The notes under the pieces were generated by a model that was not told the DNA's origin, searched no databases, and was given only the letters and a program-made list of their open reading frames with translations. From positions 48,050,001-48,114,000 of the forward strand of contig OZ024743.1 in the NCBI GenBank assembly GCA_964016885.1: a DNA stretch of 64,000 bases, read 5' to 3'. Below, piece by piece: positions 1 to 11,419 of the stretch. Position 1 is the first letter of the stretch. Each line of letters starts with the position of its first letter. The position numbers were made by a program, and so were the translations under genes. Origin of the DNA: Eledone cirrhosa. Taxonomy: Eukaryota.

Positions 1-249
1 GGACAACTCCCGTCTAACCCATGCTAGTGTGGAAGATAGATGTTAAACGATGATGATGATGATATATATACACACACACTCTTGTAAACACTGAATCTTA
101 GCACAAGCATCCAATCATATGCTTTCCCTTTATTGTTTCGCTTATCAGAATACCCATTCCCCTAATGCACTTTGTTATTGGTTGCATTCCTTAGTGTTTG
201 TGAATTTGCACCACCAAGTGTGACAATTGGCCACACATCACAAGGGTCA

Positions 250-955
250 ATGGAATATTTTGAGGCAAGCCAATACACTCGCAGTATTATCACAAGTGAT
301 GGCGAGGTTAAGGCGCTGAAACTATCAGGGACCCTCACGGGCATCCCCTGAAACCTGTTAGGTGAGATGCCAGCGATGACCAGAACTTCGCTGTCAGTGG
401 CCCAACTCCACCAAATGCTTAGACTGCCAGAGGCTGAAAAAAACAATTATTAGATAGATCCAGGTATTTTTGAATTTTATTCTGTTTGTCAACGGAATCA
501 GTGACCCTCACATTTACTGTGGCATCCATGATGTGGGAGGGAGCAAAGGAGTCACTGACTGTAGCATCCCAGATGAAACACCTACCTCTTACCCATGGAC
601 AAAAGGTAATGGCAGTGAGCCGTCGCAGTGTGCACCCAACTGCTATGGGTCGGAGGTCACCATTGGGTTTTGTGAGGCCAAACAGTTTAACCCCAAAGAA
701 CAGGGGGCGAATATAAGAGGAGGCATGATCCTTGAGGTGCTGAGGCCATAGACCATCAATTCCTGCACCAGAACCAGCTGAAAAGAATATGATTGCTTTC
801 CTGACGTTATCTGGGGTGAAGACAGGCTGTAAATAACCTGGTGGATCGGGCCAGTGGAAGGGGTCATCTGGAGGAGCCAGAGGATGTTTCACTCTCAGTC
901 GGTTGAGTGAATCAGTAGTGCACTGAGTGAGGGATGACAATAGGATAGAGTACAA
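250..955 (-). mobile_element. CRE-like (RLE-type) non-LTR retrotransposon, internally deleted
   Basis: RT N-terminal motifs GSGAGIDGLWPQHLKD and KPNGDLRPIAVGCTLRRL, followed by endonuclease motifs PW..G...WDATVSDSFAPS, KY and FQPLAV. Confidence 0.8.
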
Positions 956-1018
956 GTTGGACCTCTTAAATCTTTTCTAACATTGGCCACAGTACTTAAC
1001 TGATGCTTTATTTTATCA

Positions 1019-1256
1019 ATACCAGAAAGATGAAAGGCAAAGTTGACTTTAGCAGAATTTGAACTCAGAGTGCAGAAATTCGTAGCAAAATACTGCAAAG
1101 AATTGTGTTAATACTCTACTGATATTGACTATCTACCTCCCACAATACTGTTAATTATTGTTTCTACTTTTGACACAAGGCCAGCATTTACCCCAGTATA
1201 TTACTGGTGCTTTATTTTATTGATCCCATACGGATGAAAGGCAAAGTTAACCTCGG
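1019..1256. repeat. ~238-bp direct repeat, copy 1 (SINE-SINE junction)
   Basis: Matches 7493-7731 with about 5 differences. Confidence 0.9.
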
Positions 1257-2069
1257 AAGTATAATAAGGAACAGGAACGAAGTATCAATATCAAATCATT
1301 ATGTTAATTCACATGTAACACATGTTTTGCAATCGATCAGTGATCAGTAGTGATCACACCCAATTGTGAAATCAATAGCTCAGCAGAAACTAAACATTAC
1401 ACACCAATAACCCTATATATATATATATATATATAATAATAATACAAGGACGATTTGTTAAGCCTTCATTATGTTTATTGATTGGTGACGCGTGTTGTGT
1501 TATTGATCAGCTCAAGGTTCAATCTATATCCATCTGGCCCGACTCTGGAATCAAAAGCTCATCGGACTTCTGCTGTTGTAATGACATCGAGTGCTCACCT
1601 GGGTGAACCTACAGTAACTTCATGTTACACTCCCTGGATATATATATATATATATATCATCATCGTTTAACATGTATTTCCACACTAGCATGAGTTAGAC
1701 ATATTTCGAAAGGACTACAGTCATTAGCCAGTCATAGCAGTAATGAATACAAGATTTTATTTACCGATGCAACATATAACACCTGTTCTCCATTGTCATT
1801 ATGATAACAAAGGTGGACCGTTAACCTATTGCTTTTAGCTTTTCAATTATATTACATTTAACAGAACTATGTGAATATGTCTGTGGGTAGATAATTGAAT
1901 GATCAGGATGATAATAATAATAATAATTTCTTTGTGTATGTGTGTGAATGTGAGGGTTTTGCATGCAAACAGGTTTAATGAAAATAAGGGGGGGGGGGGG
2001 ACAATAAAATTATAACAGTGAGTATTTCTCATTGGGGAGGAGACTTCCAAGGAATACTCATAGAACCTC

Positions 2070-4310
2070 CCATAAAACCATGGTTACCCTGACCACTATG
2101 GCAAGTGCCTTCTTTTCAGCTATGATTTACCAGTAAATACTCGTAATAGACCTGTTTAGTTGGACCATGCTCATTACTCTCATCCCTTTCCACTCTGATT
2201 TCCCTGTTCAAGTGAAACTCGAACAAGTTAATGAGGGATTGGCTAAAGAGGAAAGTATTTATCATCAGCCCCTTCAATCACATCCACCTAACAACCTCTT
2301 TCGCCATGGCCAACAGGAATATAAAAAGTTTTTTCTGGTTAGAAAAAGGTGGCTGGATGATTTCCACAATGGATTCAGCTGATAACCAGATCTGCTCCAC
2401 ACATGACAGCAGCTGTTCAAATTAAATCCACAGGTCAGCAATGCTCAGGCAATGGATGAGTGGATGCAGGACAATTTTGTCACCCTGCACTCATTTCAGA
2501 CATGCTTGGCTGATGGCACTTCTATGTTCTTCAGTAGATTTCTGGAAATTATTCATCAGCTCTAGGCCAAAAGTTCTCTGCAAGAGGGCAACTAGTTGAT
2601 CATCTTCGAAACCCAGGGCCTCCCCAAGAACATTGTCACTTTACCCCACCACTAATCCTCCATAGGATGCCAAAGTGGATTTTCCACACTGATTATAGTG
2701 CCTGACTAGTAGATGGCTGTGTGTACTTGAAGACATTCCAGTTTCCAAGCACTTCCTTTAGGTCTTTGCTTGACCCAGGAGTGCAGCTTTGTCAAATAAA
2801 CGGCTTGAGGGAGCATATGTCTGGTGAACAGTGACCACACCTGGTTGTTATCAAGGAAACACTGGAGATATCAGCCTCAGTGCATGTTTTCACATCATCA
2901 GCCACAGCATGCCCAGTCCTCCGCGTACTGGATATTGATAGCAGATGGACTGTCTAACCATCAGAACATGTCCTTTGCACTAAAGGTGAAAGAATGGGCA
3001 CTCTAGTGCAACAAGAAGTGGATCGGAGCAAGGCATGATGGTCTGCCACTATTAGATGACGGCAATATACGCATTCATCACTTCTGCTCAATTTTTCAAA
3101 AGTAGTTTCTTTTTGGTCCATTTCTGAGTGAGAATGGCTACTGCTTGTTACCTCATCCCAGATTTTGTTCACCTGGAGATTTGGACCGAACCAGATCTTG
3201 AGAAAGTTAAATGGTCCATCTGCCCAGCACCCAATAGCATTGTTAGACAATATGGACATGTTTTTCCACATGCCAGGCCACAGACCCACTGACTTTAGTT
3301 GGTTAATTCTTACTCCCATCACTGCCTCAGGTTTCCTTAGAGCAGTGCCAACCACCTTGATATGTTTGGTGCTCGACACTACTATGGCTCCCTTGCTGAG
3401 TCACAGTAGGCCGTCGAGGTATTTACTGAAATCCATTCCACAATCCAGTCTGTTGTTCATCCAAAACAGTTGGGTAAAGTGCTGCTGAAAGGCCACACAT
3501 ATCTGCTCAGAACAGAGTAGCATGAGCCCGAATTGTGGCTTTATTGCCACCGTGTGCCTCTGCCACTCAGGCCCATTAGACGGCTTTCATCCCTTCATGT
3601 CTAAGAGCGCATGCCTTAGCTCTGACAACACAGCCTTCATGTTTTGCATTGAAGAATTAGTCGAGTGAATATTTCGTTGCAACCATGTTGGTTCCAATAC
3701 CTTTTCTAAATGTATCATTTAGTTTCCTGACTAGCTCTCCCTCTATAGTAATTTTCTAAAACCAGTCCTTTGCTAAACCTTATGGATTCTATTCTAATGG
3801 CTCCTTTTTTAGGGCAAACCACCATTTTTTTGTTGACGATTGCTCGTGTCAATGCTTGTTTAACTAATTTGTTCATCCAACCTCTGCAGGCTTTGCATGC
3901 TGTGAGCAATATTTTCAGATTCTAGTAGCTGGGTCCTTGTCGATAATACAGATCATGAATTTGTGATCTGTGTAATTGAAAACCTATACTACCCCTCATC
4001 TACTAACACTAAAAATTGTGACGTTCCTAGAAAGGGTTCCAGACATCTGAATAATTCTGGTAACTCTACTCCATGTCAGGGCATTGAAGGCCACCAACCA
4101 GAAACAATGTCCTTTGCTGCTAATCATGTCCAGTACCACCGACTTACCTTCTAGATCCAAGAAGAGATCCAGGCCTTTCTGAAACAACACAGTGACTCTG
4201 TCTCTCAATCTCGGCTGTAGCCTCCAAAGTGGATTTGAAGTTCTGTGGCTCGGAAATTCTGGCCTCACTGATGGACACCACATCTATATTCAGTTATCGG
4301 AGGTTTTGAG
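2070..4310 (-). mobile_element. degenerate Tx1/L1-like non-LTR retrotransposon
   Basis: Frameshifted ORF2 remnants (KIWFGPNLQVNKIW; SAESIVEI...LLAMAKEVV). The 3' part is homologous to 55470-55810. Confidence 0.6.
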
Positions 4311-4870
4311 CAGGTGACCCTGCTTCCAAGTCAACCCCAGGCCACGTGCATTTACACTGCCTATTCTAAGCAAGGTCATGTTACTGGGAGAAGAAAAGTG
4401 AGAAAGAACACTTCCTTTGTTTTGTGTGGAAGGGCAGTATGTCTGTCTTTCCAGTTAGTTTGTGATGTTCCCTGGGAAATCACCAATTTCCTTAGGAAAT
4501 TTAGTTTTTAGGTGTTTGTGTTGTTTGAATGATTAATATGTGTGGGTATGAGGATTCTGAATGTTGCAAAATCTGCTTGTGTGATGGCTGTGTGATTTTA
4601 TGTATTTTATTAAGTCTGTGTTCTTTGTAAGAGTATAATCTTACAATTATCATAGGAGCTTTAGAGAACTGTGACAAAGAATTTGATATTAAACCTTGGA
4701 ATAATGGAGATTAATTCAAGCATGAATGCAGTGCAGAAAACCTGTTTAGTTGAATCAACAATGCAAAGTAAGTTATATAACTGTTTGATCTAGTTTAACT
4801 GATTCCATTTCTTCTTCACACAATTGAGTATTGAACACAACAATATATATGTATATATATATATATATAT

Positions 4871-5893
4871 TATAAAATAACAGGAGGCTGGATTGGTGTA
4901 ATTCCTTAAAGATTTATTATACTATGAACATTTCAATGTCTGGGTTCAGTATGAATCCGGTGACATCATCAGGTATTCAAAATTTAACAAAGGAATATAA
5001 TCCATGAAGCTGAAAAGGCAGATTGACAAGAAGGCGGCCACCCATTTAGCAGTTTCTAGTTCGGTTGGCCGCCCTCAAGTGACGACTACCAATTCTTCTT
5101 ATGCCTTTCTGGTGAAGGGGCGTAAGCTTATAGTGTACTACTACCACCCCGTCATGGACAGAGGCTAGCGGTGGGATCAAGTTACATTGAAGTTGGCTAA
5201 AAAGTGTTAAGAAATATATTTTTTCAAAAAACATAAATATCTTTAACAAAGCTATATATAGTGGGCAACTGTACAGTATATTTTTCGTTGTAGGGTCAGA
5301 AATTACGATTAACGATTAGAAATGTAAAATTTATGCTAAGAATTAAAAGATTTCATTTAAGATGAGATTAGAAAAGAAAGATTTAGGTTTAAATTTGGGA
5401 GATTTAGTTAAAGAATTTACAGAAGGAGGCGTTTATGAAAAGGTTAAATGTATTATTGATAGTCACGATAAAGTTTCAGGGTAGAATATAAAGTCAGGAC
5501 TAAGCCCATGTTTGGCGGTCACTAACCAGCGACGTTGCGGACTCTCAGCCCACCCGGGGCCCAATGGTGTGTCAACAGTTCTGAGTATTTTCGTCTGCCG
5601 AAAGAAAGGGAAATTTATTTTCCCAAGCACTCCAGGAATGTTAACTGTCTCAAGCGCCAGGGGTGCTAGCGGAAAGCCTGCCACCGTCGGCTGATCATCG
5701 TGTATACCAAACGATTCTTAGTTATTCACACTGGTGGTGGATTTAGTTAAAAGGCTAGTAGAAGGAGGCATGATAAATTTTAAAGTTATGATTAAGCCTA
5801 GAATTCAAAAATACTGTTTGTCGGTCAATAACCGGTGGTACGGCGGATTCCAAGCCGCCCAGGGCCCAAGGGCGTAACAACCGTTCCGAGTTA
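4871..5893 (-). mobile_element. non-coding Penelope/retrozyme-like element inserted in (TA)n
   Basis: Flanked by TA microsatellite on both sides. CpG-rich. Carries a hammerhead motif followed by AATAAA, and an internal diverged duplication. Confidence 0.45.
4919..4976 (-). ncRNA. minimal type I hammerhead ribozyme candidate
   Basis: Minus strand reads ATAC-CTGATGA-TGTC..GACA-TT-GAAA-TG-TT-CA-TA-GTAT. Core boxes CUGAUGA and GAAA are present, stem I is ATAC/GTAT, and the NUH triplet is AUA. Confidence 0.55.
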
Positions 5894-5897
5894 TATA

Positions 5898-6609
5898 TAT
5901 ACTAGCAGAATGGCCCAGCATTGCTCGGGATTCTAAACATAGATTGGCATGTTTATCCTTCCTTTCTGAAACAGTTTTGTCATATGTTCACCAATTCATG
6001 CAGAAGTCCTAATAAAAAGTGAAGTCGCCTTGGGTGAATAGGCAAATAATTTTCCATTAAGATTTTTCAAAAGCATGTAATTGCGTTGCCTCTTTTTTTT
6101 GTTGTTGTTTTTGCTGCTGTTGGTGTGATAGCAGCCCTTGGTCGTACTACTAATACAGTCTCGTCCTTCCTTCAGCCAATCGTGTATATCCCCTTCTGCC
6201 TCGTCAGCAATGAGAACAATATTTGCTCAAGGGTTCGTATATATTTGATATATATTTATCCTTATCGAGCCTCGTGAAATAAATACGATTGTTTATATTT
6301 TGTTATTGTGTATGCAAAAATATCTGTACACGAATCATCATCATCATCATCATCATCGTTTAACGTCTATCTTCCATGATAGCATGAGTTTAGACGGGAA
6401 TTGTCCCACTTGAGGCAAGATTGGTCGTCTCGCTCGTATAGGACTGTCTGGCGGGTTTTCTACGGCTAGATGGCCTTCCTAACACCAACCACGTTTACAG
6501 TGTGGACTGGGAGGTTTTTACCGTGTTACCTACACGGCCACATTACAGCGTGGACTGTGTGTTTTTTTGTCGTGACACCTACACGACCTCATTTATTTAG
6601 GACTAGATG

Positions 6610-6658
<49 letters not shown>

Positions 6659-6774
6659 TAACAGATTAAAGTTTAAGCGAAGAATCGCTGCTTTCACCCT
6701 TAACGGGATCTTCTGAAACTAAAAAAAATCAATCTGAGAATGCAGAAGTAAATATTTCGAAAAACGTTATACAC

Positions 6775-6806
<32 letters not shown>

Positions 6807-7047
6807 GATAGTGTCATAAGGGCGAGACGTTATAGCTATGTATCTATCTAAAAAGACAGACTAAGAAAGACAGAGATCGCTAACCGGCACCTAATGCGGT
6901 CTCTTGGGCATTGAAAATTGGAAATATTCTTTGCTCAAAACACTCACACGGCCATAAGTATTACATGTGTATAGTTTGAAAAAAATCGGTTGGGTGGTTC
7001 TCGAGTTTTAGGGAGTCAGACAGACAGACATTCTCTGTTTTAGATAT
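5898..7047 (+). mobile_element. Helentron-associated (HINE/DINE-1-like) non-autonomous element with nested retroposon
   Basis: Starts TATACTAGCAGAATGGCCCAGCATTGCTCGGG. Ends AAAATCGGTTGGGTGGTTCTCGAG...(CAGA)n...TTTTAGAT, a typical DINE/HINE terminal architecture. Confidence 0.6.
6335..6612 (-). mobile_element. RTE 3'UTR-derived retroposon with (GAT)n tail
   Basis: Reverse complement of the tail seen at 1-63, 23860-24132, 60985-61243 and 63745-64000. Confidence 0.8.
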
Positions 7048-7492
7048 CATCATCATCATCATCGTTTAGTGTCCATCTTCCACGTATATATATATATATA
7101 TTTTAACTACTTGTAAATCTGTTGTATACATAGGTGCGCAGGATTGGCTGTGTGACACCTTGGTCAATGTCTTGTAAGTGAAATTTAATAGACAGAAATA
7201 GAGGAGAAGCATAGCATGTGTGTGTATCTAAGTTTACGTTTTACTGTCAGGTCGCTCTTGAGTACTACTGGTAACATGTAACAGTACAACCTGTCGCATG
7301 ATTGGGTCGTCGGTGACTAAACTAGCAACCTCACCAAGCTTGCTTTTGTCGAGGAGGGTGATTTTGGACACCCTGCGGGATGAAAAACAAAACCTGACAA
7401 AGAGCAGAACTCATAAGAGTCAACGTCCATCCAATAGTGTGTAAATTTGTATATTCTGTGTGGGGTGTGTATGGGACTGATTGCACACCAGA

Positions 7493-7731
7493 AATACCAG
7501 AAAGATGAAAGGCAAAGTTGACTTTGACAGAATTTGAACTCAGAGTGCAGAAATTCGTAGCAAAATACTGCAAAGAATTGTGTTAATACTCTACTGATAT
7601 TGACCATCTACCTCCCACAATACTGTTAATTATTGTTTCTACTTTTGACACAAGGCCAGCATTTACCCCAGTATATTACTGGTGCTTCATTTTATTGATC
7701 CCATACAGATGAAAGGCAAAGTTAACCTCGG
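7493..7731. repeat. ~238-bp direct repeat, copy 2
   Basis: Matches 1019-1256. Confidence 0.9.
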
Positions 7732-8020
7732 GGGGATTTTAACTAAGAACGTAAAGGGTCATAACTCTATGCTGCAAAGTATGGTGTCTATGCTCTACCA
7801 ATACTGTCAACACACCATCTACAATACTGTTAATAATTGTTTCTACTTTTGGCACGAAGCCAGCAATTATCCCAGTACATTACTGGTACTTTATTTTATC
7901 GACCCCGTAAGGATGAAAGGCAAAGTTAACCTCGGTGGAATTTGAACTCAGAATGGCAAGAGCCGTAACTCTATGCGTCAAAGCATGGTGTCCGACCCTG
8001 TACCGATACTGCCAATCCAC
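7628..8020 (-). mobile_element. two tandem copies of ~185-bp tRNA-derived SINE (family A)
   Basis: B-box GAGTTCAAAT; core GCCTTTCATCCTTACGGGGTCGATAAAATAAAGTACCAG; tail AGTAGAAACAATTATT. Confidence 0.85.
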
Positions 8021-9498
8021 TTGACTCATCCCCATATCCTCCCCTTCACAAGCACTCCCTAGTAGCTATCCTCACCATTACAGGCCTACCTCAGCCACGC
8101 CATCTCCAATATCACTCCTTACCTACTCCCCCATCTAAAGCTCTGAGATACCCTCACTATCACAGTAGCTACTCTCTCCACCCTTGTGTACCCTCTCCAC
8201 TACAATGCCTTACCTATTCTCCCCATCACTACATATCTACCCGCACCATCATTAGAGTATGCCCCACCCCCACCTGTGTGCTAGTGACCACACCTCCTAC
8301 CCCTATCTCCACTTAGGTATTCTCTTCACCATTATATCCCTTCTATCCCTATGCTATTGAAAGTCACACCTTTCCTCTACTCATCACTCTTTCAAATCAC
8401 ACTACACTTGCCCTACTTCATGTCTATCTCCCTTCTCTGCCCTCAACCCCCACAGAGGGCTCTTCAGTTGGGACAATGACCAGCAACCTCTCTAATGTTG
8501 GAGCTACAAAAATCCACCCAGTACACCATGTAAGATGGTTAGTGGTAAGAAGAGCACCCTGATGTAAAAACCATGCCTAAAAAGGTTGATAGTGGACATT
8601 AAATGATGGTGATGATGATGATGATAATAGCCATGTAGTGGAACTACGCCATACCTTGTAATAGCAACATTTTCATATGCAATAAGGTTAAACAGAGCAG
8701 TGGTAAGTCACATATAAATACATTGTCACCTTCTTGTAAAAACCACTGTACACGAGAACAGAGGAGATGAATCAGACAGGGAACGCGAGAAGACTTATTA
8801 CAGGTTGACTCCTGCTATATTCCTTCCATAATCCTGTTAGAAGGAATAGAACAGTTATCAATAAACCATGTTCTATTTTGTGCCAATTGTTCTTCTTCTG
8901 CTGATTTACTATTGAGATATTCTATTGCCTGTACAGAAAATCAACTTTCCACAATAAACTTATATTTATAGAGGATTGAGCGTTAAAGAGATATTTATTT
9001 ATTTCCTGGAAGTCAGAAGCATGTCGCTGCAAGTACGAAGCAACAAACTCATCCACTAATGTATTTTTCTTATAATCGTTTGTAAAAACAAGATCCTTGG
9101 AAGATTTCAACTTGTAGTTATAAAAAGATATAAGTAATATTTAACTCCTCATCCTTCCTTTTCTATAGCCATATTGAAGTGTTGGTAACTCTACCTTCTG
9201 CATGTTACTGCAGGGCCTCCAAGAGAAATTCCACAAGGTGGAACAAAACTCCTGTTGGAAGCTGAGAGGTTTTTTAGGTGAGAATCAGGTATTCACAGGA
9301 ACCTTTCCTCAGTTTACTAGAACCCAGACTGATATAGTGGCTGAATACTCCTCCTTATAGGCCTTAAATTACTTAACCCTTTCATTACAATCTTTCTCAT
9401 AAAAGACAACAAATGGCAAGTGTTTTAAGGTCATTTTTCCTGTTAAAACAGAAATTAGCCTTGAGGGTTCCATTCTTGTTGTCAAGAAAAATGGATGT

Positions 9499-9722
9499 TT
9501 AACCCTTTAGCATTTACATTATTCAATATTTACCATTGTATTTTCATAGTAAATATTTTATTTCACATAATTGTCTCACATAATATTGAATTTACAAAAT
9601 GTTGATATTTATTTTGAGAATAAAACCTTAACATAAGTATGAGCACCCGGTTATGACCGCTTTGAACAGAAAGAGTTGAGAGAATTCTGGCCGGATATGG
9701 CTGGTTTAAATGCCGGGTTAAT
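9499..9722 (+). mobile_element. piggyBac-type MITE (family 1), nested in a family-2 element (~9374-10140)
   Basis: TTAA flanks and TIR CCCTTTAGCATTTA. Homologous to 14126-14350, 17376-17586, 27341-27569, 44287-44515 and 45685-45883. Confidence 0.75.
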
Positions 9723-11419
9723 GATAATGATGATGTCTAAATACCCCCTTAACTTTAAAAGACACTGATTATTATTTTCATATAATTTTGAAAATAATCA
9801 TGGATTTGAAGGGATTTAGTAATACAAGTAAAATTCCGTTATAATGAATTTTTCAGTATAACAAAATTTTTTTCAATCCTTGACCACACACTCGATGTGT
9901 TAAGTCGATCTTGTTATAAAGAATTTTTCATTACAATGAATCATTTTTTATACCCAATGAATTTCGTTATAATGGAATTTCACTGTATAACTTTCTAGTT
10001 TTTAAGCTGGTGTTTGGAACATAAAGATTATTACATTAAATCATGACAGAAGGTTTTTCAATAAATATATATAATTTTAAACCAGTCTTGTACTGGAGAA
10101 CCAGAGTTGGTTTCAGGTAGTTTGGTATCAAAAGTGTTGAAAATCACTAATTGAATTAAGAAGACACAATAATTTACTTTTTGTGATAACCATTACGAAA
10201 AACTATTCACATATAAAACATAAGAGCTAGTGAGTCATGAAAATATCTACTACAAATTGTATTCTATGGTTGGAAACAATGTACATTCTATGGTACATGA
10301 GTGAGTAGTCAGGCAGTCATTTTATTGGTGATACAAACATAAAAATATTGCTGTTCAGTAATTTTCAAGACATTCACATGCTGTATTTGTGAATTTGAAA
10401 TATTTTGTAGAAAGTATCAAATGCTCAGCTTGGTGGTTAAGAAAAATAGAAGAATCATTGGTTGGAAGAGTTTCATAATTTACTGAACTGTGAAAAGAGT
10501 CAGTTATTTTCAACACACTTGTTACTGTAACAAAAAAAGATCTTGATGTTTTGCTGAATAACATGAAGACATCTAGTAAATAAGGTCAGTATTATTCACC
10601 AACAACACTTTAAGGCAATGTTACCCTGTTAACAGGGCTTAGCTTCACAGATCCTCTCATAGGGTTTATAATCATTGTGAGGTCTTTTAGAGGAAATATT
10701 TATGGCTAGATGCCCTTTCAGTTGCCACTTACAATATGCAGAGATATGGTCTACCTATTCTAATCTGGATATACATGATTTAAAGGGTCCTTTAAATCAT
10801 GTATATACAACCTCTCTTGTGCTCATGCCATGATAAAATGCATCCAGTTAACACTGTAAAGTGATTGGCATTAGGAAGGGCATCCAGCTGTAAAAACAAT
10901 ACTAAAACTGGAATGTATGTACGTAATACATGGCCCCAGCCAATCTAGGGAACAGTATGAGATATATTTTAGAAACAAAATGAGAGAAATGAAACAGAAA
11001 CATTTAAATAACTTACATGAGTCTAGTGTTATCCACCAATGTTCCTTTCGGCCCAAATTTCACTTCTGGAAAAATACTATTGTTATGATTGTTCCTAAAG
11101 AAAAACAGACAAAACATAAAATAAATTTAAATCAAACATTGGTAATGACAAAGTTTTAAATAACAAATATTTCTTTTCATTGTTTTTATGCCCACCTTTC
11201 CATGCGGCAGTGTTTTACAACCATATGCCCTACATGTCACCAAACCTTGTAGTCACCTCTTGTGTTCATTTTTCCATGTGGCATAGATGGGAAAAGACAT
11301 TTTGAGGTAGTGTTTTATGGCTGGGTGCTGTTCCTGATACCAGCCCCTCATAGTCACATCTTACAGCACCCAAGGCTGCAGTGTACCTATTCTAAAAACC
11401 TGAATACACACAATAAAAA

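Noticed and set aside
1474-1513. Second hammerhead (CTGATCA...ACGCGTCA...AATAAA, minus strand)
   Set aside because: Both core boxes are mutated and stem I does not pair; at most a decayed relic.
5000-5900. rRNA or mitochondrial insertion
   Set aside because: No conserved rRNA or mitochondrial gene motifs recognised.
8650-10580. Short minus-strand ORFs or exons at 8922-9110 and 10355-10575
   Set aside because: Plausible acceptors but no recognisable protein; could be chance in AT-rich DNA.
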